A stretch of 64,000 nucleotides of DNA. Source: Neodothiora populina (taxonomy: Eukaryota). The position numbers and the translations under genes were made by a program. Location of the stretch: positions 620,001 to 684,000 of the forward strand of contig NW_027191405.1 in NCBI RefSeq assembly GCF_041146345.1, written 5' to 3'. How positions within the stretch are numbered: position 1 is the first letter of the stretch; each line of letters opens with the position of its first letter. Shown here in pieces: positions 1-13,372 of this stretch. The notes beneath the pieces were generated by a model. That model searched no databases, was not told the DNA's origin, and saw nothing but the letters and a program-made list of their open reading frames with translations.

Positions 1-36
1 ACTCCGTGCAAAAAAGTTCGTGACGTCTCTGAGCAT

Positions 37-1071
37 CTAACGGAAATTTGCGATGCTACTCGGTGCCGAATTGCGAGTCAAAGCCCCATCGTCTCCAGCA
101 GTAGTGGTGCGATACGACATGAATCCGGTATCGAAAGGCAATGAGCGGACCACACTGGTAGTACCCCTCTTAGAAGAAGACGAAGAGGAAGAATTGCCAG
201 ATTCGTTCGCACCCTATCGATCATGAGCTTGTCTATCACACCCAATGACTAGTGAAATTCGTCTTACCGTGGGTCTGTTATCCTTCGATGCATTCGCAAA
301 GCTGATGCTGCTGTTGTGTCTATCACTCGAGATGCTCGAGAAGGAGGGCACACTTGGAGTTGCATGACCATCCACATCCACAGTACTAAGGCCACGACCA
401 TCAATCTTCGGTGTGCCAGTTGCACCCTTGTCAGTGTCGGCAATAGACAGAAGCTGCTCGGGACTCAGGCTAAAGTAATCGACATTGGGATTCTGGTCAA
501 GAGTCCGCAGACGCTTATCAATCATTATAGGGGTGATGACCGAGCCTGAAAGTTCTGGAAAGGCACTTCTCAACTTGTGGATAGTGGCCGTCAATGTGAA
601 GTCATTGGCGTCCAAGACACAGATGGCACGATCATGCACTGTAGTCCAATTTGGAGGCAGGGATGGTATTGCAGGGAAACGGTCGGTAAAATTCGGATGG
701 TATGCCGATGCATACAGAGGCGAACGTGGTTTGGCATCTCGTCCAAGTGAAGCCCTGGACACAGATGGACGGATCTTTTTATTGAAGCACAAAGGTGGAG
801 GCCGGTTAATTGAGCTGGTCGATAGATTTGGCACAGGCCAGTTCGAGACTGGAGTGAGAGATCTTTCGTATGGCGTGGGACTTCCATTCGCAGGAGTTAG
901 AGTAGCTTTGCTTGTTGTGTAGTATCTCTCGTCTAAATTGCTGCAGCTCGCTGGAGTGATGGGAGAACATGCCGCTGTGGCAGAGTACGAAGACTGATCA
1001 AGTGACGGACGCGCCGTGCCTTTGCCCTTTCTCTCAAAAATGGCACGAACAGAACTTGAAGAAGAGAACAT
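37..1071 (-). CDS. Hypothetical Ser/Pro-rich protein with a small central folded domain (2 exons)
   Basis: ORF 1071-214 from ATG. Removing intron 267-214 (GTAAGA...ATAG, 54 nt) continues the frame to TAG at 39-37. The central segment WTTVHDRAICVLDA...FPEL...IDKRLRTLDQ looks globular; family not recognised. Confidence 0.65.
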
Positions 1072-1627
1072 ATCGACCTCCTTCGCTTCTAGACGCTTTA
1101 GACGAACGGATACGTCCCAGCCTGAAGGTAAAGTGTTTAGAAACGGCGTCTATTTTCGAATGTCTTGTGAAAAAGGTCGCTGCCTGATGTAAAGAGTGCA
1201 GTAGTAGTCTGTCGGCGCAAGTGAGCTATTGGTACTTGCTCCTTTTGGACAGCAGGTGCAACACGTCCTGCTCTGAACGGGAAGGCGCGACGGTCAGAGC
1301 CCCTTCTTTCCAATTTCACCAGCTCCTGCAGAGCTCTACACCTTACGATTAAATCACCTTTCGAGTGCAACAAATGCGCGATAAATAAAGTAGAAGATGA
1401 TATGGGATTTGAAACACCCAGTTCTTGACTTTTCATAACGTGATAGATACAGACTTCCAGAGCATAAGCTCCTAATGTACAAAACGTCTGTTGAGAGGTA
1501 TACTCACCAAAAGTCCTTTACACATGGCGCATAAGCAAGAATAAAGATTTCCGGACTGCGCCCTGATATCTTCGCTGCAAACTCTATGAACTCCGTTCAG
1601 CCATGCGCCTAGTGAATAGTTATGCAT

Positions 1628-2685
<1,058 letters not shown>

Positions 2686-4749
2686 TGCGTGATGTAGATG
2701 GATGGAGAAAGATCGGTTGTAAGTGTGAACTCAAGATGGAAGCAGACGACTTATAGACAACAAAGAGACACAACTCTGGGAAGTATAGGAAAGAACACAG
2801 TCTATGGAATGATCAGTGTTGAATGATTACATCCATCTCGCGCTCTTTCCAGTCAGCAGTTTGTAACCCCAGCAGCTAAACACCAAGCTTTCGGTAATCT
2901 TGGCTTGGCACGTCACTTTGCTGGAGTATTGTCCTCCGAACCAGCCATTCACCCGTCGTCCGGCCGTCCCGCAATATCCCAAATGCATCAGTGGGCGATA
3001 GATGGGACAACCCACTTGCTCAGGCCTATACAAGCCCAGTAGATCTACATATATCACAGGAAACTACAGATCCACCCGAGCACAAGACAGCTCTCGCTCA
3101 TCGCCCCCGATGCACAAGCATCCCGTCATTCCGTAAGACGCAGCGGCCTCGACGGAAAAGACGTATTCGTCTCTTCGAGAATTCCGCGCAACTATCGCTA
3201 GATCATGTTACGCAGGCTGCTTAGGTTTGATAATGCATCTTGCAGAGCCGGTCACCCGAGACGGTCATCATGGTGATTCCTGAACCGGCTGCGCAAATCC
3301 AGGAGGGGATGGAGCTTTACTAGAAATGTAGTAGTATCCGTCATGAGGCGGGCCTCTCTTCCCTTCGCACGGTGGAAGTGTGTACGAGAAGAAAGGCGCC
3401 AATCACATTGAATGCATTTCTGTTCCCACATAGACCTACCTACCTGCCTTGGAGATCGGATCCATAGAGTGCTTACTTACCGACAGCCAGACTACACAAG
3501 ATTAAATTTGCTGACCCCCTCGGACGAGACACACTCTCTCCTATCTTGCACTGCTGGCGAATGATGATCTACATCCAATTCGAAGTCTGCCGTCCAGTAT
3601 TTACTTGCAGGTAGCGCACCTAGCTTGTACGATTTTTACTTTGATTCAGACTGCGAGCTCGAACCTTGACCATTTGACCACAAGGCGGGCTAGATGCTGA
3701 CTGAGGCGGTCATGCTCATAATCCAGAGACACAGACCCATTCGAGTTTCGCGATGGCGGCCATAGATACTTCGCTTCGGATTCGCCAGGCTAAGGCAGCT
3801 TCGCTGCGCAGCCGTCTGCGTCGATGCTCTTCGCCGCTGGATCCTCGCTTCTTACAGCTGCTGTATCGCCATGTTCCATGTTCCATGGTCGCTCCGAAGC
3901 CGAGTTTCGGAAGTTCTGGCAAACGCTACGACCTCGCGATAGTGGCTCGAGTGGATCCGTTCGTCACGAAGCGCTCTGCCTGCGTGCTTTCCATACAGTA
4001 CTACGTGCTGCAGCGTCGCACTCAGTAGTCTGATGTCGCCAGACACTTTACTAACAAAGACATGCATGTACGACCAGTGTTCGTGTGTGCAAGTAGAATG
4101 TCTCGTCACACACAACATACATATTAAGATATATATAGCTGGCTGACAAGTCCCCTGCAACAGTGTAGCAAGCTGAACTAAAGCTCGACCGAGTATCTTG
4201 CCTGCTATATCTACGAAGACAGGCCGACTGATCACTGAAAGTAAGTGAACCAGCACTGTCGGCTGAGATGTGACGTGCTGGATCATGACCATATGGTCAC
4301 GAGAGCCTACAATGCTGGCCTTGAACAAGTCCGTTATAAACGGCATATGGAGTCGACTCTCTCCTGCTGTGTGCGCTACAGGCGTCGTTGCAGCGTCCAG
4401 CATAGATCTCAAGGACTCGGATATCTATATACACCGCAACCCACACTTCGAGACCACCTCAATGTCCCAGAGGGTATTCCGATACCGCTCAATACGAGTC
4501 CGTCCCAATCTCTGTGCAGTTTTTAACTCAGGTCAAAGAGGTGAGTGAATTGCAACTGCCGAAGCACTCAGGGCTGGGCGCGGCAATAATGCTCGGGATT
4601 TACGGTGTTTTATCCGACATCATTGGTCCCAATGAGGACCTAAGGTGAGGCATACATGACCACAATATTTTTTGATCGACCTCGCATCTAGATCAGAAAA
4701 AAATCCCCGAAATCACATCTACACTGCAGATTTCGAACATACACAGAAA

Positions 4750-5995
4750 ATGGTCAGACTTCCTTTCCACGCAGAGCACATTGGCTCCCTCCTGCGACCA
4801 GCGGAGCTTCAGGACGCCAAGGCCAAAGCCGCGAGCAAGCAGATCTCCAATGCTGAACTCGAAGCTGCCGAGCACAAGGCCATTACTCACATCGTGAAGC
4901 GCCAGCAAGAGGAGGGAATCAGGCCCATCTGCTCTGGCGAATATGACCGTAAGGTCTACTTTGCCGGCTTCTTCGAGGAGCTCGAGGGCTTCGAGGAGGT
5001 CGAGGACGCACCATGGGATCTCTACAGACTGTCTGCCCCGCCAATCGCTGCATTGAAGAAGGCTGGCATGAAGTACCCCATGACTGTCGTCTGCACCGGC
5101 AAGATCAAGTACACCCACAGCCCTTACCTTGAGAAGTGGAAGTACCTCCGCTCTCAGGTTCCCAAGGAGCAGTGGGCCGAGTGCAAATTCACCATGCCTC
5201 CTGCACCATACTTTCACCTGCGTCTTGCCCACGGCAAGTGCTACCCTAAGGACGTCTACAGCTCAGACGAGGAGTTCTTTGGTGATCTCGCCAAGGCCTA
5301 CCAGCAAGAGTTCAAGACCCTCCACGCCGAGGGTCTCCAGAGTGTCCAGATTGACGACCCGACCATGGCATACTTCTGCTCCCAGGACATGTTGGACGGT
5401 CTGAAGTCTGACGGCATCGACCCTGATGCCCTCTTCGAGACCTATGTCAAGGCACACAACTCTGCCATTGAGGGCAAGCCCGCTGGCCTGCACGTTGGTC
5501 TTCACATCTGCAGAGGTAAGAACATTACTTGTACCATAACCTTGGCCGTCGCAAACACTGATCAATCACACAGGTAACTTCAACAAGTCCATGCATTTCT
5601 CCCAGGGCTCGTACGAGACCATTGCCGAGCGATTCTTCAGAGATCTCAACTATGACACCTTCTACCTCGAATATGACAACGAGCGCAGCGGAGGCTTCGA
5701 GCCTCTCCGTTTCCTTCCCAAGAACAAGAACGTCGTCCTTGGAGTTGTCAGCACCAAGGTCGCCGACCTTGAGGATGCCTCCGAGATGAAGAGGAAGGTG
5801 CTTGAGGCCGCCGACATCATCGCCAAGGGCCAGGGCAGAACCCGCGAGGAGGCTATGGAGAACATCGGTATCTCCCCACAATGTGGCTTTGCCTCAAGTG
5901 GCCACGGCGCCGAAGCTATGACCGAGGAGAAGATGTTCGCGAAGCTCAAGCTTGTCAAGGATGTCGCCCGCGAGTTGTGGCCGGACAGAGCTTAA
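4750..5995 (+). CDS. Single-domain cobalamin-independent methionine synthase-like protein (Meth_synt_2 / YxjH-like), ~395 aa
   Basis: N-terminal HAEHIGSLLRP, VQIDDP, and Zn-ligand motifs LHICRGN, YLEYD, ISPQCGFAS. Intron 5516-5573 (GTAAGA...ACTGAT...CAG) joins the two ORFs. Confidence 0.9.
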
Positions 5996-8013
5996 ATGCC
6001 TAATGACATTGAGGAATGCAAACCAACACGGAGCATGAATTCGTCGATTCAACATTGGTTTAGCGGCGAATTGCGGGAGAAAGAAGAGAAAGCCCATGCG
6101 GTAATGTCAACCATACCGGCGTGCTATGGGTACGAAGACAGGATTTTGGAAGCGATGCATTATGTTGAATGGATTGTGCGCCTGGAACGGTCTCAGGCCA
6201 TCTAGGAACAGGCAGGACCATTTGCGCATGTGCTACGAGAAAAAGAAATATTGTGCGTGGTACGAAAAGAAATAACACCGAGCTAGCACATGCAATGAAA
6301 GAACATAACAACTTGCACTTGGTGTTATACATGTGAATATTGCATGCATATCTTATCTTTGAACGTACCTGAAGGGCCACAAGCTGCCGAGACATGTGCA
6401 ATTACCCTTTTGGCAATCCCTGCAATTGATACAGCCGACATATTGTCATGGCAGGCCAACGATCCCTACGAGTCAACTCGTACGTTAGTGAAGTCAGAGG
6501 CGTTGGCCCGTTTACTATAACAGAAGGTGACAGAGGCGAGCAAAGACACGAAGAGAAAAACCTCCCGCCAATGAGCTTTGCGTAATGACGTAAAATGAAT
6601 CAGCATCTGGGCCTACGACAACCATATTGACTCTGCCTACGCTCAGCCGTTTCGCTCACCTACTTTTGCAGCTACAGCAAAGGCAATGTAAGCAGCAGGC
6701 TAGGCGCCGCCCCCTTTTCGTGGGGGAGAAATTGTTCCTTTGGGATGGGGCAAGATTAGATATTGGTACTTTTACCCTAGAGTCAGCATTAAGCGATCAG
6801 AGCGATCAGGGCGATTATCAGTGCCTATCGCACAAGAAAAATCACAGCATTCACAACAGAGGAAGCATTGCTAGAGTGCCAATTGACCTTGTGACCTAGA
6901 GGCGCTGGGGAGAAAGTGTCAATCAATCGTCTCAGTACTACGGGCACAGATCCTTGCTGCCATGTTCGCCTCTTAAGTAACACGTAGACCAAAAGCAGAC
7001 AGACTTGGCAGTGATCAGTCCATCTCAGCTCAGCCAATGCAGCTATTTACCCACCGACCTCGGTCGGTGAAAGAGCTGGGGGAACGGGCAAAGTAGGGAT
7101 ATTGAATGCCAAGGCAAAAGCATGAGAGATCAGCGGAGGTTGAGAACCCTGGCGCAACGTTACGCGTGGAGACAGCTTAAGGTCCAGACAAGAGCGAACG
7201 GCACATCCCACAGGTTTTGGCTCGGTTTCGTGAGTGGTCGACAAGGGCTAAGGCAAGGCAATTGGTGAATGGACGGGCGACAGTCGCCACTCTGTTGACC
7301 GTCACGAATCGTATTCCAACAGATGTGCTAGTGCCTTGGGAAAGCCCATGTCAATGGCTACATATTGTGTTTAGCTGAGTTGCGTGAGGTCGCCTTTGAT
7401 GCTCAATAGCCATCTCTTGTCATAGCTAAAAAGGACCCTGCCCTTTTTTCTTCCAGAAGGAAAAGCCATTGCACTGTAGACCAGGGAAAAAAAGCATTCC
7501 TCCAAGACGTTATAGGGCTGTCGAAGCACAGATTATTCGTGAAGCTTTCCCCGGAGCCAAAGCAACCTTGACATCGCATTTTATTCGGCGCGAGATCGTG
7601 TTGCAGGCAGCGAGTTAAAGAGGCAAAGAGTTCTCGCCAAAACCCCCTTCGACCCTGAGAGTTGGTTGGTCTAGCGCGAATTTTCTCGGTTCATTTCGAA
7701 AGGTCATCAATAAAACCGTCCCCCTCTGAATGCTTCTGTGTCCACTCCCTTCTTACTTTTTGGAAGAGTGTTGTCTCTCACGTTCTCTGTACCCCCCTTT
7801 CATTCAATTGATCCATCAAGGCCAATCAGCTTCCATCCTGACGCCTGGTCAATCTCTCGACTGCACCTCTTGCCACCAGCAGGCAGCGTACAGCTCAACG
7901 CCTCCCACTCCGCCCAACAAGTCTCTGACTGCGGTTACGGGTCCCACCTGGACTTGATCCTTTTCATTCATTGAAGTCTTCCCATTGTCGTTCATTCTTT
8001 AGCGACAATCACA

Positions 8014-9556
8014 ATGGCTTCCACTACCGCACTTCCCAAGAGGTCTGCTTTCCAGAGGTCCGTCACTCAGGACTCTGCAGTGTCCAGCATGACAAACTCC
8101 ACTGCGGTCTCCCCAATGGACTCGCCCAGGGAGTCTCCATCTTCAACCTCGGTCTCTTCTCTGAGCTCTGTAGATGAGTCTCTGACCAAGGACCAGGCCG
8201 GTGTTCTTCTGGACACGTATGGCAACGAGTTCAAGATCCCCGACTACACCATCAAGCAGATCCGCGAGGCTATTCCAGCCCACTGCTTTGAGCGGTCTGC
8301 GCTCACTGGTTACTACTATGTGCTCCGCGATCTTGCATGCATCTCCGGTACCTTTCTCATCTTCCACAACTTTGTCACCCCAGAGTACATCCCCTCAACG
8401 CCCGTGCGAGCTGTGCTCTGGGCTTTGTACACGGTGATGCAGGGTCTTTTCGGTACCGGTATCTGGGTCATTGCCCACGAATGTGGTCACCAGGCCTTTT
8501 CTGAGTCCAAGACCATCAACGACGCTACTGGCTGGGTCCTCCACTCTGCTCTGCTTGTCCCCTACTTCTCCTGGAAGATCTCCCACGGCAAGCACCACAA
8601 GGCCACTGGTAACATGGACCGTGACATGGTTTTCCTGCCCAAGACCCGTGAGGTCTACGCCACGAGAATCGGTAAGGCTATCCACGAGATCCACGAGCTT
8701 ACCGAGGAGACTCCCATCGCGACCGCCATCCACTCCCTCCTCCAGCAGCTTTTCGGCTGGTGGATGTACCTCTTCACCAACGTCACCGGCCACAACAACC
8801 ACCACAAGCAGACCGAGGGAAAGGGTGTCGGCAAGAAGAACGGCTACTTCGGCGGTGTCAACCACTTCAACCCCTCCAGCCCGCTTTACGAGCGCAAGGA
8901 CGAGAAGCTTATCCTCCTGAGTGATCTCGGATGCATCATCACCCTCGGTGTTCTTTACGTATGCACCCAGAAGTTTGGCTGGACCAACGTCCTGGTTTGG
9001 TACTGGATCCCTTACATGTGGGTCAATCACTGGCTCGGTAAGTAATATGCATTGTGTTCTTCAAACGTCTTCTCTTGAACTAACATGGTCATCAGTTGCC
9101 ATTACCTACCTCCAACACACCGATCCCACTCTTCCTCACTACGATGGTCACACCTGGACCTTTGCTCGTGGTGCAGCTGCAACCATCGACCGCGAATTCG
9201 GATTTATCGGTCGCCAACTGCTTCACGGCATCATCGAGACTCACGTCCTTCATCACTACATCTCCACCATCCCCTTCTACAAGGCCGATGAGGCCACCGA
9301 AGCCATCAAGCCTGTCATGGGTCAACACTACCGCAGCGACGTCCGAGATGGTCCTATTGGATTCCTCAGGGCTCTGTGGACCAGCGCCAGGTGGTGCCAG
9401 TGGGTCGAGCCCTCCGAGGGTGCTAAGGGTGAGGGCAAGGGTGTCCTTTTCTACAGAAACAGAAACGGACTCGGCACCAAGCCCGTTGCCATGGCCGATC
9501 CCAGCAAGAAGACCAAGACCACAATGCATATCGGTGCTGAGAGCGATAACGAGTAA
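8014..9556 (+). CDS. FAD2: Delta-12 (oleate) fatty acid desaturase, ~494 aa
   Basis: Three His boxes HECGH, HGKHH, HVLHH; IREAIPAHCFERS; TYLQHTDP. Intron 9038-9095 (GTAAGT...ACTAAC...CAG). Delta-12 versus bifunctional delta-12/15 activity cannot be proven from sequence. Confidence 0.93.
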
Positions 9557-10753
9557 TCTGAAGTATCCGACCGTACTGTCATCTCATTTATCAATTAGCC
9601 GACATTTCCCGCCGTCACGCTACGATGTAACTTATAGCTGGCGTCCTCGTCCCAGCGCATCGTGTCTTATTCTATCGCGACTCGCGGAATCTGGCACAGG
9701 TTTCGTCCTCGACGGGACATGATGCATGATCCCGTCCCGACTACTAGTTTGCAATCCTTCATCAGTCAACCATTGTCAAGAGGATAGACCGCGACACCCA
9801 CTCCTTCGCATGGGCTTTGCTTTGCTTATTAGAGGATGCTGAATTTGTAGCACATAGAGAGCCTTGCGATGTGCCCTTTTTGCTTTGGCAGTATCCAGCA
9901 CATTGATAGTAGTGTTTGTCACGGGGGACGATTTAGAGAGGAGTAGCAAAAATGTCACAATCGTTTTTTGATTCATCAATTTCAAGAACCTTTCCCGTTC
10001 GCCAATGCCAACTGTAATATATCATTGATTATGAATATATGAACCTCCGTCCAGACCGTATGAAACACGTGCGGAGTGCATCTTGATCGATAACCTGTCC
10101 ACATCCACATATTATCTACAGCAACGGTCATTAGTACAAGTACAGTACCATCCTCCTCGCTTACGATGAAGATTGAGTTCTGTTCCCCTGAAAGTATATG
10201 AATCCATACGAGATCCAGTACCTGTACAAGTGTATTAAGCATTCCTCGTGCCTGAGGCCGCGGCGACAAGCGCGGCACCCACGAAGTCGGAGCGAGGGGG
10301 GACTGTGGGAGCTTCTTCTAGATGCCAAAAGAAACGATAAACACCACTTATCAGGCGTTATCGGATCACCCACGGTCCCCGATCTCCCGTGCCTCGGCCC
10401 ACTTTGCTGTCCTGTAAGATGAGACTACTGTAGGACTGTTTCTTTTGGTGCAAACAGGCCCTCCAAAAGTACAGTCGCTTTACCGACAAGGTGGGTTTTT
10501 CGAGAAAGACACAAGATCTCGTTAAGCTCGATAGATTTCTATCGTTGTTCTTGGATGATTTGATTGTAGCTTGGCCTTGTCTGTCTATTTTCTTCATTTC
10601 CCTTACGTTTTTTCTTTTGCTTGCTGGGCGGTTCATTCCACTTTCCTTCTTCACTTCCAAAAACATATACTTGTTTGGGACTTTCTCCGGCTGAGGTGTC
10701 AAAGGGTGTAACTGGGTGGTTTAGAGATTGTTTCTATCACAAGATCGTGCATA

Positions 10754-11961
10754 ATGTCTGCTGCACAGCGGTTGCCCGTGCTTGTGAGCACACTGGGGGT
10801 GGGTGCAGCGCTGGTTGCTCTTGTTGCCGTACCCAGTGCTCGTGAGACCGCGAGCAGATATCTTGGTGTTTCTGCTCCTGGAGGCACGTGGAGGTTATTG
10901 GCCATCGGATTCGCATTGCTGAATGTCAAGAGCTTGCCTTTTGCCTGGCATGTAAGTTGTCTATCACTTTCTTTGCTTTCCTTCAATGGGCACAATGTGA
11001 ATGTGAGAGACAATTCTGATCGTGTGACGTGCAGTACCGGGTCTTCAGACATATTCTGTATCAACTGTATCTAGCGCCTAAGCCCATGACCGCGCCGCAA
11101 CTCTTCAAGCCGATCATCACGTCGTCTTACAACGCCATTACCGAGTGCGATTACAACCTCCACAAATCCAACAGTACCTACTTTGCCGATCTAGATGCGG
11201 CGAGAGCGGCGCTCATGGGCGCTCTGCTGCGCAAGTCGTTGGCTCGTCTCAACAAGGGTGATATGACCGGATTGCCGGAAGAAGCCAAAACAACAAAGGG
11301 CAAATACATTATCGCGCTGGGAGGCATTGCTTGCACCTTCCGCAAGGAGATCAAACCTCTGGAGCAATTCGACATCTGGACCAAGGTGCTGACTTGGGAT
11401 GAGAAGTGGATCTACGTCGTCAGTCACGTTGTGAAGAAGAACACCAAGCAGCCGAGCACTTTCTTCCTTCAGCCCTGGAAGAAGGGCAGCAAGAAAACGC
11501 AGACAGCTGACGCTGGGTTGAAGGAAGAAAAGGACTGGACCAAGTCGGTGTTTGCGACCAGTATCGCCAAATATGTCTGCAAGAAGGGCAGGTTGACAAT
11601 CCCACCCGAGGTCTTCCTCACAAGAGGCGATCTGCTGCCTCCGAAGCCCTCAAATGTGCCGACTCCGGCTGCCACAGCGATAGACACTCCAGCGACGACT
11701 GGTCAGGACACTCCTGCGAACTTGTCGAGTCCGGAGAACCTGGCTGCAGACGTCATGGAGAAGCTTGGCCAGACAGCAGGTGCAGACAAGAGCGATGATG
11801 CAGCGGTGTACGACGCAGATGGGATGACATGGGAAGAAGTGGAGAAAGTGAGATTGAGAGGACTCGAGCTTGCTAAGAACTTTGACTCCCTAGCAAAACT
11901 CCACGGTGAATTTGGAGCTGAAGAGGAAGTCCTGGGCAAGTACTCGGACTTTTTCTGGTAA
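10754..11961 (+). CDS. Hot-dog fold thioesterase family protein (YBR096W/THEM6-like), ~374 aa, N-terminal membrane segments
   Basis: Motifs NVKSLPFAWH, ECDYNLHKSNSTYFADLD, FRKEIKP, VLTWDEKWIY, KKGRLTIPPE. Intron 10952-11034. Confidence 0.85.
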
Positions 11962-13372
11962 AAGGATCATCATACCACTGCCATAGATTTGTATGGTATA
12001 GTACACTATATGGCGACCTTGAGGGTCGGCTGCATACAGAGCATGATCCATGATATCAAGTAGATTAGCAACAAGCTTGCGTGGACAACCAGTATCTAAC
12101 TTTAGGTCATGCAACAACATGATCGACTCTACAGTACAAGTACCATTACATATCTTGCATTGGCCTCGTGCGCACCCCAATCTACTAATGCAAGGTAGTA
12201 CTGCTGGCACAAAACTACTGCGATAGCGGCAGCACTTTGACGACAAGGAGAGCCGCACGCTACGGCGCTTGTACGGGCACACTTCCTGTGCATTGACCGA
12301 GACTGTCTGCTGAAGCGGCTCGTCAACAAGTTTGAATAGGTAGTGAATTCTCGCGATATCCGTTAAAACTGGTCGGGGCTTTCTCGTATTCTGCCTATAA
12401 GCAAATCCTTCAGAACGACAAGCAATTTGCAACTACTTCCATCGAAGTGTAGACATATACTTAACCCCTCTGTCCCGCTGCATCTTCTTGAATATGAATG
12501 CTGACGATGAACCTGCTTTCGTCCATCGGAGTTCTGGATAACACTAAGATGCTACACTCGGACCCTCCACTGCCACGTGGCTTGCAACGTACACTTGCCG
12601 TCGGAACCATTTTGCAAGCCACCACTGATGGTGTTCTCGGTACCCTCGAGGAAAAATGCTTGCATATAGTACTGCTATGGATATAGATTGCTCACTTCTC
12701 AGTCTCACTATCTACAATATACGAGAGTCCCTGTGTTGCATCCCTAGTCTTGAGCCGAAGAGCGACCTGCATTCCTCGGATCCGGAATGTTACAGAGAAG
12801 TAGGAATGCCCGGGGACGAAAGAAACAAAAACAAGGCTGTATTCGTCACGCCCCCAAAGGACTCATGACACGCAGAATGCCTGAGCGATACCGCACCATT
12901 TTCGCGCGCCAGCCGCAAGCCGCAAGCGCTTCTCTTACCATGCTTCACATACATGCCAAGGGCACTTAGAGGGGCCAGTGTGTTCCAAAACCAGGTCCAT
13001 AGTGACTCTCGCCCAGGTTGGCATGGGCAGAAGTGGTTTCGTCCGTTCCTTGGTGGTAGAGCGGTTGCCGGGCCCTAGTAAGCCACAGGCGGCCACAATT
13101 TCATACTATAGATGAACTCGATGATAGGTTTGTATAAGACTCTCGCCCTCTGCCGCTGCGGCCGCTATCAGATCTGTCTTGTAGGTGTCTGTCCATTCCT
13201 GTCGTTTTTGTACTGTATCTTATGCTGAATTCTTTATTTACGATTTGAGGAAAGAGAGAGGGTTCCTGCTATTAAAGTGTTTTTGTGTGAACATCAAGGT
13301 AGCGAATTGCACGAAGACACCTCTGGTTCTTTGCTATACTACTTCTATCCCCACAACTTTTTGCTCTCGACT

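Noticed and set aside
3560..3705. ATGATGA ... CTGA resembling C/D snoRNA boxes
   Set aside because: No terminal stem and no rRNA-antisense guide that I could identify.
3716..4548. Several 70-190 aa ORFs on both strands upstream of the MetE-like gene
   Set aside because: No recognisable motifs, codon bias or consistent splice model; no TPP-riboswitch consensus found either.
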